Assembly (NCBI GenBank): GCA_025361565.1
Contig: JANYKN010000125.1
Span: 31,171-95,170, forward strand
Direction: 5' to 3'
Length of the DNA: 64,000 nt
From: Bacteroidota bacterium
GTDB lineage: Bacteria; Bacteroidota; Bacteroidia; Bacteroidales; NBLH01
A model generated the notes under the pieces. The model had not been told where the DNA came from, made no database searches, and saw only the letters and a program-made list of their open reading frames with translations. Shown in pieces: positions 53,827 to 63,721 of this stretch. Made by a program: the position numbers and the translations under genes. Each line of letters opens with the position of its first letter. The first letter of the stretch is position 1.

Positions 53827-54579
53827 ATGGGCAATTCAATTCTTGAAGATCGAACAATTAGTAAAAGGTTTTTATTCCCTCGCGAAAAGCATTTTCATGA
53901 GCCCTATTTAATCACTACTTCATCTAATAAACTTTCGTGTTACAGGCGTATTGTGGATGAAACAAAAAAAATGCTTGTTGTTTTTCATGGAAGCAACGAG
54001 GTTGTACCTGATTATCTTGATATTTTTGCCCATGAAATTGAAGAAATGGGTTTCAACTTATTAATTGCAGAATATCCTGGATATTCATTATCAACAGGAA
54101 CTTCAAGTTTGATAAATATTATTGGTGAAATACCTTTTATAATCAAAAATTGCGGCGTACCAATTGATCAATTGGTTATTTTTGGCCGCTCACTAGGAAC
54201 ATCTTATGCAGTGAATACTGTTTCACAATTTCCTGAAATAAAAGGGCTGATCATCGAGAGCGGTATTGCTGATTTTTATGAACGCCTCGACAGACGCGTT
54301 AGTCCTGAAGATATCGATACAACCGAACAAATTCTACGTGCAGAAGTATTAAAGTACTTTGATATAGAAAAACAACTTAAAGCATACAACGGCAGCACTC
54401 TAATAATGCATACCAACGAAGACAGAATAATAAACGTGAGACATGCAAAACAAAATTATGAGTGGGCAAATGAACCAAAACAGCTAACACTCTTTGAACA
54501 CGGAGATCATAGTGATATTCAATTTAGTAATCATGATGAATATTTTAAAACAATTCATGAGTTTATAGATAAGTGCTGA
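53827..54579 (+). CDS. Alpha/beta-fold hydrolase
   Basis: 250-aa ORF with the nucleophile elbow GRSLGTS and downstream acid and His candidates (HTNEDRII, HGDHSD). Confidence 0.75.
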   Translation: MGNSILEDRTISKRFLFPREKHFHEPYLITTSSNKLSCYRRIVDETKKMLVVFHGSNEVVPDYLDIFAHEIEEMGFNLLIAEYPGYSLSTGTSSLINIIGEIPFIIKNCGVPIDQLVIFGRSLGTSYAVNTVSQFPEIKGLIIESGIADFYERLDRRVSPEDIDTTEQILRAEVLKYFDIEKQLKAYNGSTLIMHTNEDRIINVRHAKQNYEWANEPKQLTLFEHGDHSDIQFSNHDEYFKTIHEFIDKC

Positions 54580-54596
54580 GGTTTTTGAACCGAGGG

Positions 54597-55346
54597 TTAA
54601 GAGTTGAGTATTTTATCTATTTTTTTTTCGATGTTTTGCAGCCTTAATTCCAAATCAGGTACTTTATCAAATTGATTTATAATAAGTTGATTCGCTTTCC
54701 AAATCACTTTAATATTTACCTTGTTAATTGATATATCCATATAATTTGGATTATCGTACTTTAAACTAATAAATTCTCCATCCGTAAATATTCTGCCAAT
54801 ATGGAATTTATCCCCTTCAATAATTATAAAAATAGGTTTGATTGAATCATTGGCAAGATTACCTAAATCAAATGGCTCTGCAACAATGACATCACCATGT
54901 TTAATACCCACGCAATTTGTAATCATCTCAGAACCAGTGTATTCAAAAGCAATACTGGCAGATTTAAGATTTGGAAGTCTAATTGATTGTAATCCTTGTA
55001 AATAGGTTTGATTGTTAAATTTTTGAATAAATTCAATCCTATCCTTTTCTTTCACATAAGGAATTGAATTATCTAAACTGATTTGTTTATATGATTTCTC
55101 AAACTTCTGACTTTTTTCAGAGATATGATATATTTCATTGATGGTCAATTCTTTTCTAAGAAGTTGATCAACCGACAATTTATAAAATTCTGCAATTTCA
55201 ATCACAGTATCAATTTTCGCCTCAGCACGTCCTTCTTCATATGCTCCGATGCTTCCTCTTTTTAGATTAAACAAATCAGCAAATCCAGTTTGGCTAATTT
55301 TTTTAGCAGTGCGGATTTTTTTTATATTTCTACCAAAGTAGGACAT
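54597..55346 (-). CDS. XRE-family HTH regulator fused to an S24 (LexA/CI-like) C-terminal domain
   Basis: 249-aa ORF. The N-terminus is HTH_XRE-like (IKKIRTAKKISQTGFADLFNLKRGSIGAYEEGRAEAKIDTVIEIAEFYKLSVDQLL). The C-terminus has the S24-like motif GSEMITN..IKHGDVIVAE (compare GDSM...GD.v.v) and a later Lys context (FISLKYDNPNY). Confidence 0.75.
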   Translation of the reverse strand: MSYFGRNIKKIRTAKKISQTGFADLFNLKRGSIGAYEEGRAEAKIDTVIEIAEFYKLSVDQLLRKELTINEIYHISEKSQKFEKSYKQISLDNSIPYVKEKDRIEFIQKFNNQTYLQGLQSIRLPNLKSASIAFEYTGSEMITNCVGIKHGDVIVAEPFDLGNLANDSIKPIFIIIEGDKFHIGRIFTDGEFISLKYDNPNYMDISINKVNIKVIWKANQLIINQFDKVPDLELRLQNIEKKIDKILNS

Positions 55347-55427
55347 AATAAATTAGTCATTAGAAATTCAACTGTGTTCATTTGCTAAACTTAAAAAATA
55401 GCTTTTAGAACTTAGAATTTTTAAAAT

Positions 55428-55452
55428 ATTGCATATAATTCCAGTATGCAAT
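55428..55452. promoter_or_regulatory. Inverted repeat ATTGCATA-N9-TATGCAAT in the divergent XRE/pspA intergenic region (candidate operator)
   Basis: Perfect 8+8 inverted repeat read in the sequence. It lies 82-106 nt upstream of the XRE gene start and about 190 nt upstream of pspA. An inverted repeat of this size is not statistically remarkable on its own. Confidence 0.3.
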
Positions 55453-55644
55453 GATTAACTGAAACTTCAAATATTCCAATACAAATATAATAGAGAATTT
55501 TTATTTTATCCTAATAAAATATATGCCTGAATAAATATTTAATTAATTGAACAAAAAGTAAAAAAAACGATTTTGATATTGCAAATATTTTTAGCATATT
55601 TGTATAGAAAAAAATTACTTACTAATTAATTAAAAAATACGACT

Positions 55645-56361
55645 ATGGGATTATTCAACCGCATTTTTAAAATTGGAGAAGCTAACGCAAATGCTTTAGT
55701 AGATAAATTGGAAGATCCAATCAAGATGACAGAACAAGCCATCAGGGATTTAAAAGTTGATTTGGAAAACAGTATTAAAGCTTTGGCCGAAGTTAAGGCA
55801 TTGGCAATTCGTTCAAAAAACGAAGTAGATATGAACAAAAACAAAGCTCAGGACTATGAGAACAAAGCGATGATGATATTACAAAAAGCAGCAAGTGGTG
55901 GTATGGATCAGGCTGAGGCTGATAAACTTGCACAAAGCGCACTTGAGAAAAAAGATGAATCTACCCGAAACCTTACATCTTCATTACAAAACCAAAAGAA
56001 ATATGATGAATCAGTTGCTAAACTTGAATCTCAGGTTAAAAAACTAAAATCAAATATTACAGAATGGGAAAATGAAGCCAATGTTTTAAAAGCACGCGCA
56101 AAAGTGAGCGAGGCAACGGCAACTGTTAACAAACAACTTGCTGGCATTGATTCATCAAGCACAGTAGCAATGCTTCAAAGGATGAAAGAAAAAGTAGACC
56201 AACAAGAAGCACTTTCTGAATCTTATGCTGAAATTGCAAATGATAATGTAAGTGTTGATGATGAATTGAATTTGGCTCTTGAGAATACAAGTTCTTCAGA
56301 TGCATTGGCCGCTTTAAAACAAAAACTAGCACTAAAAGGTGGTGATGTAAAAGAAGTTTAG
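55645..56361 (+). CDS. pspA: PspA/IM30-family membrane-stress protein
   Basis: 238-aa coiled-coil ORF with the N-terminal amphipathic motif MGLFNRIFKIGEANANALVDKLEDPIKMTEQAIRDL, typical of PspA/Vipp1/LiaH. Confidence 0.88.
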   Translation: MGLFNRIFKIGEANANALVDKLEDPIKMTEQAIRDLKVDLENSIKALAEVKALAIRSKNEVDMNKNKAQDYENKAMMILQKAASGGMDQAEADKLAQSALEKKDESTRNLTSSLQNQKKYDESVAKLESQVKKLKSNITEWENEANVLKARAKVSEATATVNKQLAGIDSSSTVAMLQRMKEKVDQQEALSESYAEIANDNVSVDDELNLALENTSSSDALAALKQKLALKGGDVKEV

Positions 56362-56387
56362 TTTGTATAATCAAAAATAGTAAAATG

Positions 56388-56419
56388 AAGCCATCTGTAA
56401 AATGATGGCTTTTTTATTT
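56388..56419 (+). terminator. Rho-independent terminator after pspA
   Basis: AAGCCATC-(8-nt loop)-GATGGCTT followed by a TTTTATTT run, 27 nt after the pspA stop. Confidence 0.6.
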
Positions 56420-56638
56420 ATATGAATTGATAAGACTGAGAAGGATTATAATTGTGAATTTGAAAGTGTGGACCAATGCCTATTAAGAAAAAAAATTTGT
56501 ACTTTTATCGGTACTATTAATGCCTTTTATTATTAACCAAATAATAAACCTGTATTTTTTCTAATATAAAAATAAAAAAGAGAAATTCAATTCTTTAATA
56601 TTTTACTATTAAATAACAGGTTAGCAAATGATTATCAT

Positions 56639-59600
56639 ATGAGTGAATCGATATTAAATGCACTTGTGCATCTTTTTGCAATAATTACCAATTTTACCGA
56701 TACAAGGGTTTCGAGCAAAGCAAAGGAAATTGTCCATTCCTATTTGAAAAAACAACTTAGCATAAGCCAGGCAGATGATTATTTAAAGATATTTGACGAT
56801 TACTTGAATGAATATGATGTAGATAACGCCAAAGTAACCAGTGAAAAAGGCAGAAAACGAGGTGCTTTAAGCTCAGTAAGGGTTTTGAAAATATGTCAGC
56901 AAATCAATGAAAACCTGCGTCAAAGAGAAAAATTTATTGTATTACTAAGATTGATTGAATTTGTTAATGAGGATGGAGTAATTACTGATACTGAGTTGGA
57001 TTTTGTATCAACTGTTGCGGAATCGTTCAATATCTCTGAAAATGAATTTATTCAAATTAAGGCATTAATTACTAATAATATAGATTCTATTCAAGAAAAA
57101 GATAAGGTTTTGATTATTGACAAAACTGTTCCTGGCTCAAACTCAGATGGAGAATGGTTTGAAAAGTATAAACCAGGCTTTATAAAAGAGCCAAAACATA
57201 TTTATAATGAAAACCTGGATGGTAGGATAATAGTTCTAAATATTACCAGCAACGATTTATACTTTTTTGCCTATTTTGGAAAAAGTGTACTTTATTTACA
57301 AGGACACAATGTAATACCTGCTACAGGTTATATACTAGATCATGGCTCCATTATAAAAGGCCCTAAAATTTCACCATTATATTATAGCGACATTGTTGCC
57401 AAATTTCTGGTATCGCCAACACAGGATAAAATTACTTTTACCGCAGAAAACATAAATTACAGGTTTAAAAACAGCAATAATGGAATCCAGGATTTTAGTT
57501 TTTGCGAAGAATCAGGCAACCTAATTGGAATTATGGGTGGAAGTGGAGTAGGAAAATCAACGCTGCTCAATGTATTAAATGGAAAATTTCCTCCACATTC
57601 GGGAACAATTACAATTAACGGTTACGATATACATAAAGAAAAAGATTACCTCGAAGGCGTAATTGGTTTTGTACCGCAAGATGATTTATTAATTGAAGAA
57701 CTTACCGTATATCAAAATTTATACTATAATGCCAAATTGTGTTTTAGCAATTTTGATGATTTCGAAATTGAAAATTCAGTGCAAAATGTGTTAATAGATC
57801 TTGATTTACAGGCTATAAAAGATTTAAAAGTTGGCAATCCTCTTGAAAAATATATCAGCGGAGGGCAAAGAAAAAGGTTGAATATAGGATTGGAACTAAT
57901 AAGGGAACCTTCAGTACTTTTTGTTGATGAACCAACTTCCGGATTGTCGTCAAATGATTCAGAAATGGTTATGCTATTATTACGGCAACAAGCCTCAAAG
58001 GGAAAATTGGTGATTGTAAACATTCACCAACCTTCTTCAGATATTTATAAACTGCTAGATAAGCTTTGGGTTATGGATAAACATGGATATATCATATATT
58101 CAGGTAATCCTATCGATGCGGTTGTCTATTTCAAGCAAATTACCGAACATGTTGATGCCGATGTGAGTGAATGCCCTACTTGTGGCAATGTAAATTCAGA
58201 ACAAATTCTGGAAATTGTTGAATCTAAAGTAGTTGATGAATTTGGAAAATTTACCAGAATCCGTAAAAGAACTCCAGAAGATTGGTTCAGAATATTTTCC
58301 GAAAAAGAACATGCTAAAGTTAAATTAAGGAAGGAAAAAGAGAAACTCCCAAGCAATTTTTTCAAAATACCAAGTGTCGAAAAGCAGTTTCAGATTTTTA
58401 CCATTCGAAATATACTGTCAAAGCTAACCAACAAGCAATATTTATTGATAAACTTACTTGAAACACCCATTTTAGCATTTATTTTGGCATTTTTCACTAA
58501 ATATTTAGTTTCAGGAGAATATATCTTTGCCGAAAACAAAAACCTGACTGTCTATCTCTTTATGAGTATCGTAGTTGCGATATTTATCGGTTTAACTGTT
58601 AGTGCTCAGGAAATTATAAGAGACAGACATATACTGGAACGTGAATCATTTTTAAACCTAAGTCATTTTAGTTTTATCAACTCCAAAATTGTTGTGTTGT
58701 TTATGATGTCGGCCATTCAAATAATCAGTTTTGTTTTAATCGGTAACTGGATACTCGAAATTAAAGGAATGACATTTAATTATTGGCTATTATTGTTTAC
58801 AACAGCTGCTTTTTCAAATATGATTGGCCTAAATATTTCAGCTTCATTTAATTCAATTGTGAACATTTATATTCTTATTCCATTCATTTTGGTGCCGCAA
58901 CTATTACTTGGTGGGGCAATGGTAAATTTTGACGATTTACACGAAAATATTACTTCAAAAAAATATGTTCCGATAATTGGGGACTTGATGGTTTCGCGAT
59001 GGGCATATGAGGCGCTTGCCGTAGAACAATTCTCGAACAACAAATTTGAGCGAATCTTTTTTGAGGATGAAAAGGAAAAAAGCAGACAGCAATATAAATC
59101 CGCATTCTTAATATCTGAACTTTCTAATAGGCTAGTTCAATGTGAACTTGAGATTAAAAGGACTAAAAGTCCTGAATTTGAGCCAACTATGGATTTATTA
59201 AGAAATGAATTGATTGTGTTGGCTGCAGATCCTGCTTTGAAAAAAATTCAAATTCCAAATTTAAAAAAGTTAAACAAAGGTGCAGTTCTGAAGGACATTG
59301 AAAATGCAAAAGAATATTTAGACACAATTAAAAATGTATTTTCTAAACTTTCAACAGAAGCAGGAGTTCATAGAGATGATAAATATAAAGATTTAATCAG
59401 AACATTGGGAAGTGAAAAAGTTTACCAGATGCAAAAAGAATATTACAACAAAAACCTGGCTGATATAGTAATGAACAAAATGCAATTGCAAAAAATAATC
59501 GAAGTTGATGGAAAACTTATTCAGAAAAAAGATCCTATTTTTATGAAACCCGATTCAAAATTTGGAAGAGCCCAATTTTACTCATCTGAAAAAAATATTT

Positions 59601-59749
59601 TCGGATATACAATTAAAACATATTGGTTCAACATTATAAATATCTGGTTTGGCTCTTTTGTTCTATATTTGGCATTATTGCAGAGTTGGCTAAAAAAATT
59701 CTTGCTTATTTTTGATAATATACGATTTAAGAAGAAGTTGAAAGAATAG
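56639..59749 (+). CDS. ABC transporter ATPase-permease fusion (ABCG/ABC-2 type) with extra N-terminal (TerB-like) and C-terminal helical domains
   Basis: 1,036-aa ORF with Walker A (GGSGVGKST), the signature ISGGQRKRL and Walker B (LFVDEPTSGLS), then about 6 TM helices. The preceding ~290 aa include a TerB-like helical segment (...LIEFVNEDGVITDTELDFVSTVAESFNISENEF). The following ~230 aa are a charged helical region plus a final TM helix. Confidence 0.85.
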   Translation: MSESILNALVHLFAIITNFTDTRVSSKAKEIVHSYLKKQLSISQADDYLKIFDDYLNEYDVDNAKVTSEKGRKRGALSSVRVLKICQQINENLRQREKFIVLLRLIEFVNEDGVITDTELDFVSTVAESFNISENEFIQIKALITNNIDSIQEKDKVLIIDKTVPGSNSDGEWFEKYKPGFIKEPKHIYNENLDGRIIVLNITSNDLYFFAYFGKSVLYLQGHNVIPATGYILDHGSIIKGPKISPLYYSDIVAKFLVSPTQDKITFTAENINYRFKNSNNGIQDFSFCEESGNLIGIMGGSGVGKSTLLNVLNGKFPPHSGTITINGYDIHKEKDYLEGVIGFVPQDDLLIEELTVYQNLYYNAKLCFSNFDDFEIENSVQNVLIDLDLQAIKDLKVGNPLEKYISGGQRKRLNIGLELIREPSVLFVDEPTSGLSSNDSEMVMLLLRQQASKGKLVIVNIHQPSSDIYKLLDKLWVMDKHGYIIYSGNPIDAVVYFKQITEHVDADVSECPTCGNVNSEQILEIVESKVVDEFGKFTRIRKRTPEDWFRIFSEKEHAKVKLRKEKEKLPSNFFKIPSVEKQFQIFTIRNILSKLTNKQYLLINLLETPILAFILAFFTKYLVSGEYIFAENKNLTVYLFMSIVVAIFIGLTVSAQEIIRDRHILERESFLNLSHFSFINSKIVVLFMMSAIQIISFVLIGNWILEIKGMTFNYWLLLFTTAAFSNMIGLNISASFNSIVNIYILIPFILVPQLLLGGAMVNFDDLHENITSKKYVPIIGDLMVSRWAYEALAVEQFSNNKFERIFFEDEKEKSRQQYKSAFLISELSNRLVQCELEIKRTKSPEFEPTMDLLRNELIVLAADPALKKIQIPNLKKLNKGAVLKDIENAKEYLDTIKNVFSKLSTEAGVHRDDKYKDLIRTLGSEKVYQMQKEYYNKNLADIVMNKMQLQKIIEVDGKLIQKKDPIFMKPDSKFGRAQFYSSEKNIFGYTIKTYWFNIINIWFGSFVLYLALLQSWLKKFLLIFDNIRFKKKLKE

Positions 59750-59941
59750 TGATAGAAATTTGCAATTAGAAACTTAAACATTACATGGTTTACCTACTAT
59801 TTGAACACTAAGCTTACCTGAAGTTTGTTGTCGTCATTGTATTTCTGCTAAGTATAATTGTCAAAATATTTTAGTTGGCACATTAATTGATATTTTTTCA
59901 ACAAAATAATCCATTTATCAAGGTGTTTAAAGCAATATAAA

Positions 59942-60160
59942 TTGAAAAGCAGAATTGAACTTTTTAAAGAGAATAGTCCACTAGGTGGTTATTCTATTGC
60001 TGTGCGTGACGATTGGTCTTTTAAAATCAAAAGATTACATATTGATGCTATCGAAAAAGAAGCCTATGAAAAACAATTTGGCAACACCATAATCCTTGAA
60101 AGAGAATTTATGGATTGGTGGACAAATTTCAGGATAAATGAAAGGGATAAATCCGAATAA
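59942..60160 (+). CDS. Hypothetical small protein (72 aa, TTG start)
   Basis: This is only an ORF. It has a balanced charged/aromatic composition (..DDWSFKIKRLHIDAIEKEAYEKQF..MDWWTNF), no in-frame ATG near the start and no recognisable motif. Confidence 0.25.
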   Translation: MKSRIELFKENSPLGGYSIAVRDDWSFKIKRLHIDAIEKEAYEKQFGNTIILEREFMDWWTNFRINERDKSE

Positions 60161-60175
60161 ATAAGTTGAAATACA

Positions 60176-60853
60176 CTAAAATTGAATATTACTATTATTC
60201 AATAATTCTACAAACTCACTCAATATCATAGCTGTAGCACCCCAAATTTGATTTTCACCAAATTTAAAAAGTGGTACTTCGTAAATTGTACCTCGAACTT
60301 CCACAGAACCCAGCATGCAGTTTTCACCATAAAGAAAGTGAACCAAAGGAATCTCAATTAAACCGGCAACTTCTGAGTCGTTTAATATAAACACAGGTTC
60401 CTTAGCACAAAATCCAATAACTGGAAATACAATATAATTGCTTACAGGAATAAACAAGGTAGTTAGGTTTCCAATTATTTGGATATCAGAAGGTTCAACT
60501 CCAATTTCTTCATGTGTTTCGCGTAAAGAAGTAACCATTAAATCCTTATCGGTTTCGTCATATTTGCCTCCGGGGAAACTTATTTGTCCGCTGTGAACAC
60601 TATTATTGACAGCCCGTTTGATAAAAACCAGTTTTAGAATTTCATTCTTATAGTACAATAACAATAAAACTCCACTTTTTTTTGATTGTCTGGATTCAGG
60701 TATTAGAGTTCGAATCCTGGATTCAGGAGCCATCTTGAACTGTGATTGAATTCCAGGTAATGGTTTTTTTAGCTCATTTTCAATACTCTGTATAACCGAA
60801 GACTTGTTATGTTCATTATTTACCATATCACAAAAGTAATAAAGCTTTGCCAA
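60176..60853 (-). CDS. Nudix hydrolase, CoA pyrophosphatase type
   Basis: 225-aa ORF with the Nudix box FPGGKYDETDKDLMVTSLRETHEEIGVE, preceded by LLLYYKN..LVFIKRA...HSGQISFPGG, typical of the NudL/CoA pyrophosphatase subgroup. The start may be the internal MVNNEH. Confidence 0.8.
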   Translation of the reverse strand: MAKLYYFCDMVNNEHNKSSVIQSIENELKKPLPGIQSQFKMAPESRIRTLIPESRQSKKSGVLLLLYYKNEILKLVFIKRAVNNSVHSGQISFPGGKYDETDKDLMVTSLRETHEEIGVEPSDIQIIGNLTTLFIPVSNYIVFPVIGFCAKEPVFILNDSEVAGLIEIPLVHFLYGENCMLGSVEVRGTIYEVPLFKFGENQIWGATAMILSEFVELLNNSNIQF

Positions 60854-61022
60854 TGCATTTTATTAAAAAAGTTTAAAATGTATAAAATTTAAAAATATGA
60901 ATATGAATATGAACAATTTGAAACAATGGACAAATTATTATTCCGCTTTGAACATATTACTTCTTAAAATAATTGGTAAAATAATGATGTGTTGCGATAT
61001 ATTAATACACTGAATGAAAATA

Positions 61023-62267
61023 CTATGCAAATTTAATTGCATTAGCAGGCTTGATGCGTGAAATTATTAATGAAGGGATTACAAGCATAAATGTAGTTAT
61101 TAACAATGTTCCAGCATTCAGGAGTAGAATATGCCAAATTTTAAAGTTAATTGGCACGCTATCAATATAGTATGTAGATGGATCAAGTTTTACAAAATGA
61201 TAATGGTACTGAATTAATCCTAATCCAATTCCGATAAAATTACCCAATAAAAGTCCTTTACTAATTAAAAAAGAGGCATGATAAAGAAAAACTTTACTGA
61301 TGCTGAAATTTCTGGCACCAAGGGCTTTTAAAATCCCAATCATATTTGTACGTTCAAGTATAATAACAAATAAGCCGGAAATCATATTAAAAACACTTAC
61401 AAGAACCATTAAACCTAAAATTATCCAAACATTGGTATTTGTCAATTCAAGCCAATCAAAAATCTGAGGATATATATCTTTAATATTTTTGACAGTCAGT
61501 TGTTCTTTTCCTTCAATATATTGAGTACCAACCTGATTGTTAACCAAAGTAGTCATTTGATCCAATTGATCAAAATCATCAACCAAAATCTCAAATCCAT
61601 TTATTTGGTTTTCGGACCAATCATTCAGTTTTTGTACATGAGCAATATCTCCTATCACAAAGAGTTTATCCATTTCTTGTAAATCGGTTGAATAAATACC
61701 TGCAATATTAAAGCGTTTCATTTTTATCGGATCATGTATAAAATACATGAATAGAGGATCTCCTACGTTTAGTTTTAACAAGGATGCCAAATATTTGGAA
61801 ATAAGAACATTATCAGTTTTTTTTCCTTCGGTTATCTTAAAACTATTTCCTTCAATAATACTTTGATTGAAAAAACTCCAGTCGAAATCTGTGCCTACTC
61901 CTTTTAAAACCACTCCCTGAATTTCGGATTTTGTTTTTATTATACCCGCTTTGGTTGCAAAGACTTGTATGTGCTTAATTCCTTTGATCTTTTCAATATC
62001 GGGATAAAAACTTTGATTTTTGCTTATGGGATAAGCTTCATAGGAATTATTGGTGTCATAATTGCTGATGAGGATATGGGATCCAAAACCAATTACTTTT
62101 TGCCGAACTTGCTCTTTAAATCCGGTTACCACTGCAACGGATAGAATCATAACTGCCATACCTAATGCAATACCAAATACGGCAATTGAAATTACCGAAT
62201 TTGATATTCCATCTTTATTTTCTTTGGCATAAAATAACCTGCGGGCAATAAACCATTCTAAATTCAA
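61023..62267 (-). CDS. LolC/LolE-like ABC transporter permease (FtsX family)
   Basis: 414-aa ORF beginning MNLEWFIARRLFYAKE..., with a TM helix, a periplasmic domain and a C-terminal FtsX 3-TM domain (ILKALGARNFSISKVFLYHA). Confidence 0.85.
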   Translation of the reverse strand: MNLEWFIARRLFYAKENKDGISNSVISIAVFGIALGMAVMILSVAVVTGFKEQVRQKVIGFGSHILISNYDTNNSYEAYPISKNQSFYPDIEKIKGIKHIQVFATKAGIIKTKSEIQGVVLKGVGTDFDWSFFNQSIIEGNSFKITEGKKTDNVLISKYLASLLKLNVGDPLFMYFIHDPIKMKRFNIAGIYSTDLQEMDKLFVIGDIAHVQKLNDWSENQINGFEILVDDFDQLDQMTTLVNNQVGTQYIEGKEQLTVKNIKDIYPQIFDWLELTNTNVWIILGLMVLVSVFNMISGLFVIILERTNMIGILKALGARNFSISKVFLYHASFLISKGLLLGNFIGIGLGLIQYHYHFVKLDPSTYYIDSVPINFKIWHILLLNAGTLLITTFMLVIPSLIISRIKPANAIKFA

Positions 62268-62294
62268 GGAATTCTTTACTTATTTTAAAAATCA

Positions 62295-63491
62295 TTATTT
62301 ACGACCAGGATATACTTTAAGCGCTTCTTCCAGACATTTAACTGCATTTCCCAAATCCTCAATATTCAATACGTAGGCAATTCGGGCTTCGTCAGTACCT
62401 AATCCTTCTGTAGCATAAAAACCACTGGCAGGTGCAAGCATTACTGTTTCATTTTGATAATCAAAATCTTCGAGTAACCATTGACAGAAATGTTCGGCAT
62501 TTTTAACGGGTAATTTGATAATGGTATAAAAAGCTCCTTTGGGCATGGGTGCATAAACCCCATCGATTTTATTTAATGCGCCTATAACAAAATTTCGACG
62601 ATTAATATATTCCTGATATACTTCGTTGAAATATGAATCGGGGGTTTCAATGGCAGCTTCTCCTGCAACTTGCCCTAATGATGGAGGGCTTAAACGAGCC
62701 TGGCCAAATTTTAATACTGTATTATAAACATCAGAATTACGGGTAATCAATGCGCCTGTTCGTACACCGCACATACTATAACGTTTCGAAACAGAATCTA
62801 TTAACACTGCATTTTGTTCCAAACCTTCCATTTGTAAAACGGAGATATGTTTATTGCCATCGTATACAAATTCCCTGTAAACTTCATCGGCAAAAATAAA
62901 CAAGTTGTGTTTTAAAACCAGCTCTTTAAGCTCTAATAGTTCATCTTTTGAGTAAAGATATCCTGTTGGATTATTGGGATTGCAAATGATAATTGCCTTG
63001 GTTCGTGATGTAATTACTTTCTCAAAATCTTCAATTTTAGGAAGTGCAAAACCATTTTCAATACTTGAAGTAATTGGAACTACCTGAACACCAGCTTCAA
63101 CAGCAAATCCATGATAGTTTGTATAATATGGCTCAGGAACAATAACCTCATCGCCAGGGTTCATAGTAGCTAACATGGCAAATAAAATAGCTTCGGAACC
63201 ACCAGTAGTAATCATAATTTGAGAATGATCTACCTGGATACCAATATTTTGATAATATTTAGCGAGTTTTTTTCGATAAGATTCATTACCTGCAGAGTGA
63301 CTATATTCAATTACTTTTTCGCTATAGGCATGAATAGCTGCAAGTGATAATTCTGGAGTGCGAATATCAGGCTGACCAATGTTTAGATGATAAACTTTTT
63401 TGCCCTTCTTCTTTGCTGCTTCGGCAAAAGGTACTAATTTACGAATAGGAGACGCGGGCATTTGAACGCCCCTTTCAGATAATACTGGCAT
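62295..63491 (-). CDS. PLP-dependent aminotransferase, class I (aspartate/aromatic type)
   Basis: 398-aa ORF with PIRKL near the N-terminus, NPNNPTG, and the PLP-lysine motif SVSKRYSMCGVRTG. Confidence 0.88.
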   Translation of the reverse strand: MPVLSERGVQMPASPIRKLVPFAEAAKKKGKKVYHLNIGQPDIRTPELSLAAIHAYSEKVIEYSHSAGNESYRKKLAKYYQNIGIQVDHSQIMITTGGSEAILFAMLATMNPGDEVIVPEPYYTNYHGFAVEAGVQVVPITSSIENGFALPKIEDFEKVITSRTKAIIICNPNNPTGYLYSKDELLELKELVLKHNLFIFADEVYREFVYDGNKHISVLQMEGLEQNAVLIDSVSKRYSMCGVRTGALITRNSDVYNTVLKFGQARLSPPSLGQVAGEAAIETPDSYFNEVYQEYINRRNFVIGALNKIDGVYAPMPKGAFYTIIKLPVKNAEHFCQWLLEDFDYQNETVMLAPASGFYATEGLGTDEARIAYVLNIEDLGNAVKCLEEALKVYPGRK

Positions 63492-63613
63492 ATTGAATTT
63501 TTAAAATTAATATCTTTAAAAAAGATTTTTCTTGTTTATGCATTATTATAATTCTCTAAATCCTTTAATTATGAGAAACAAATAGCTAAAGATGTTTTAG
63601 GGAATATGCTCAT

Positions 63614-63656
63614 TTAAAAATTATAAAGCAAGTTGGAAAACCAATACTTGCTTTAT
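63614..63656 (-). terminator. Rho-independent terminator after the DUF1573 gene
   Basis: Perfect 11-bp stem ATAAAGCAAGT/ACTTGCTTTAT (63623-63656) with a 12-nt loop. On the minus strand it is followed by AATTTTTAAAT. Confidence 0.5.
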
Positions 63657-63721
63657 ATTGAAATTATTTAAATTTAATAAAATTTGTCAATCCAAATGAA
63701 TCTTAAACCAAATAAGGTCGA

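Noticed and set aside
57150-57530. An FHA domain between the TerB-like segment and the ABC ATPase of the 1,036-aa transporter.
   Set aside because: The segment is probably beta-rich. However, it lacks the conserved FHA signature residues (G-R ... S-x-x-H ... N-G) when read by eye, so I left it as an uncharacterised linker.
60895-60912. Microsatellite (ATATGA)x3 in the intergenic region between the Nudix and LolE-like genes.
   Set aside because: It has only three units, lies in AT-rich non-coding DNA and sits in no functional context. It is trivial.
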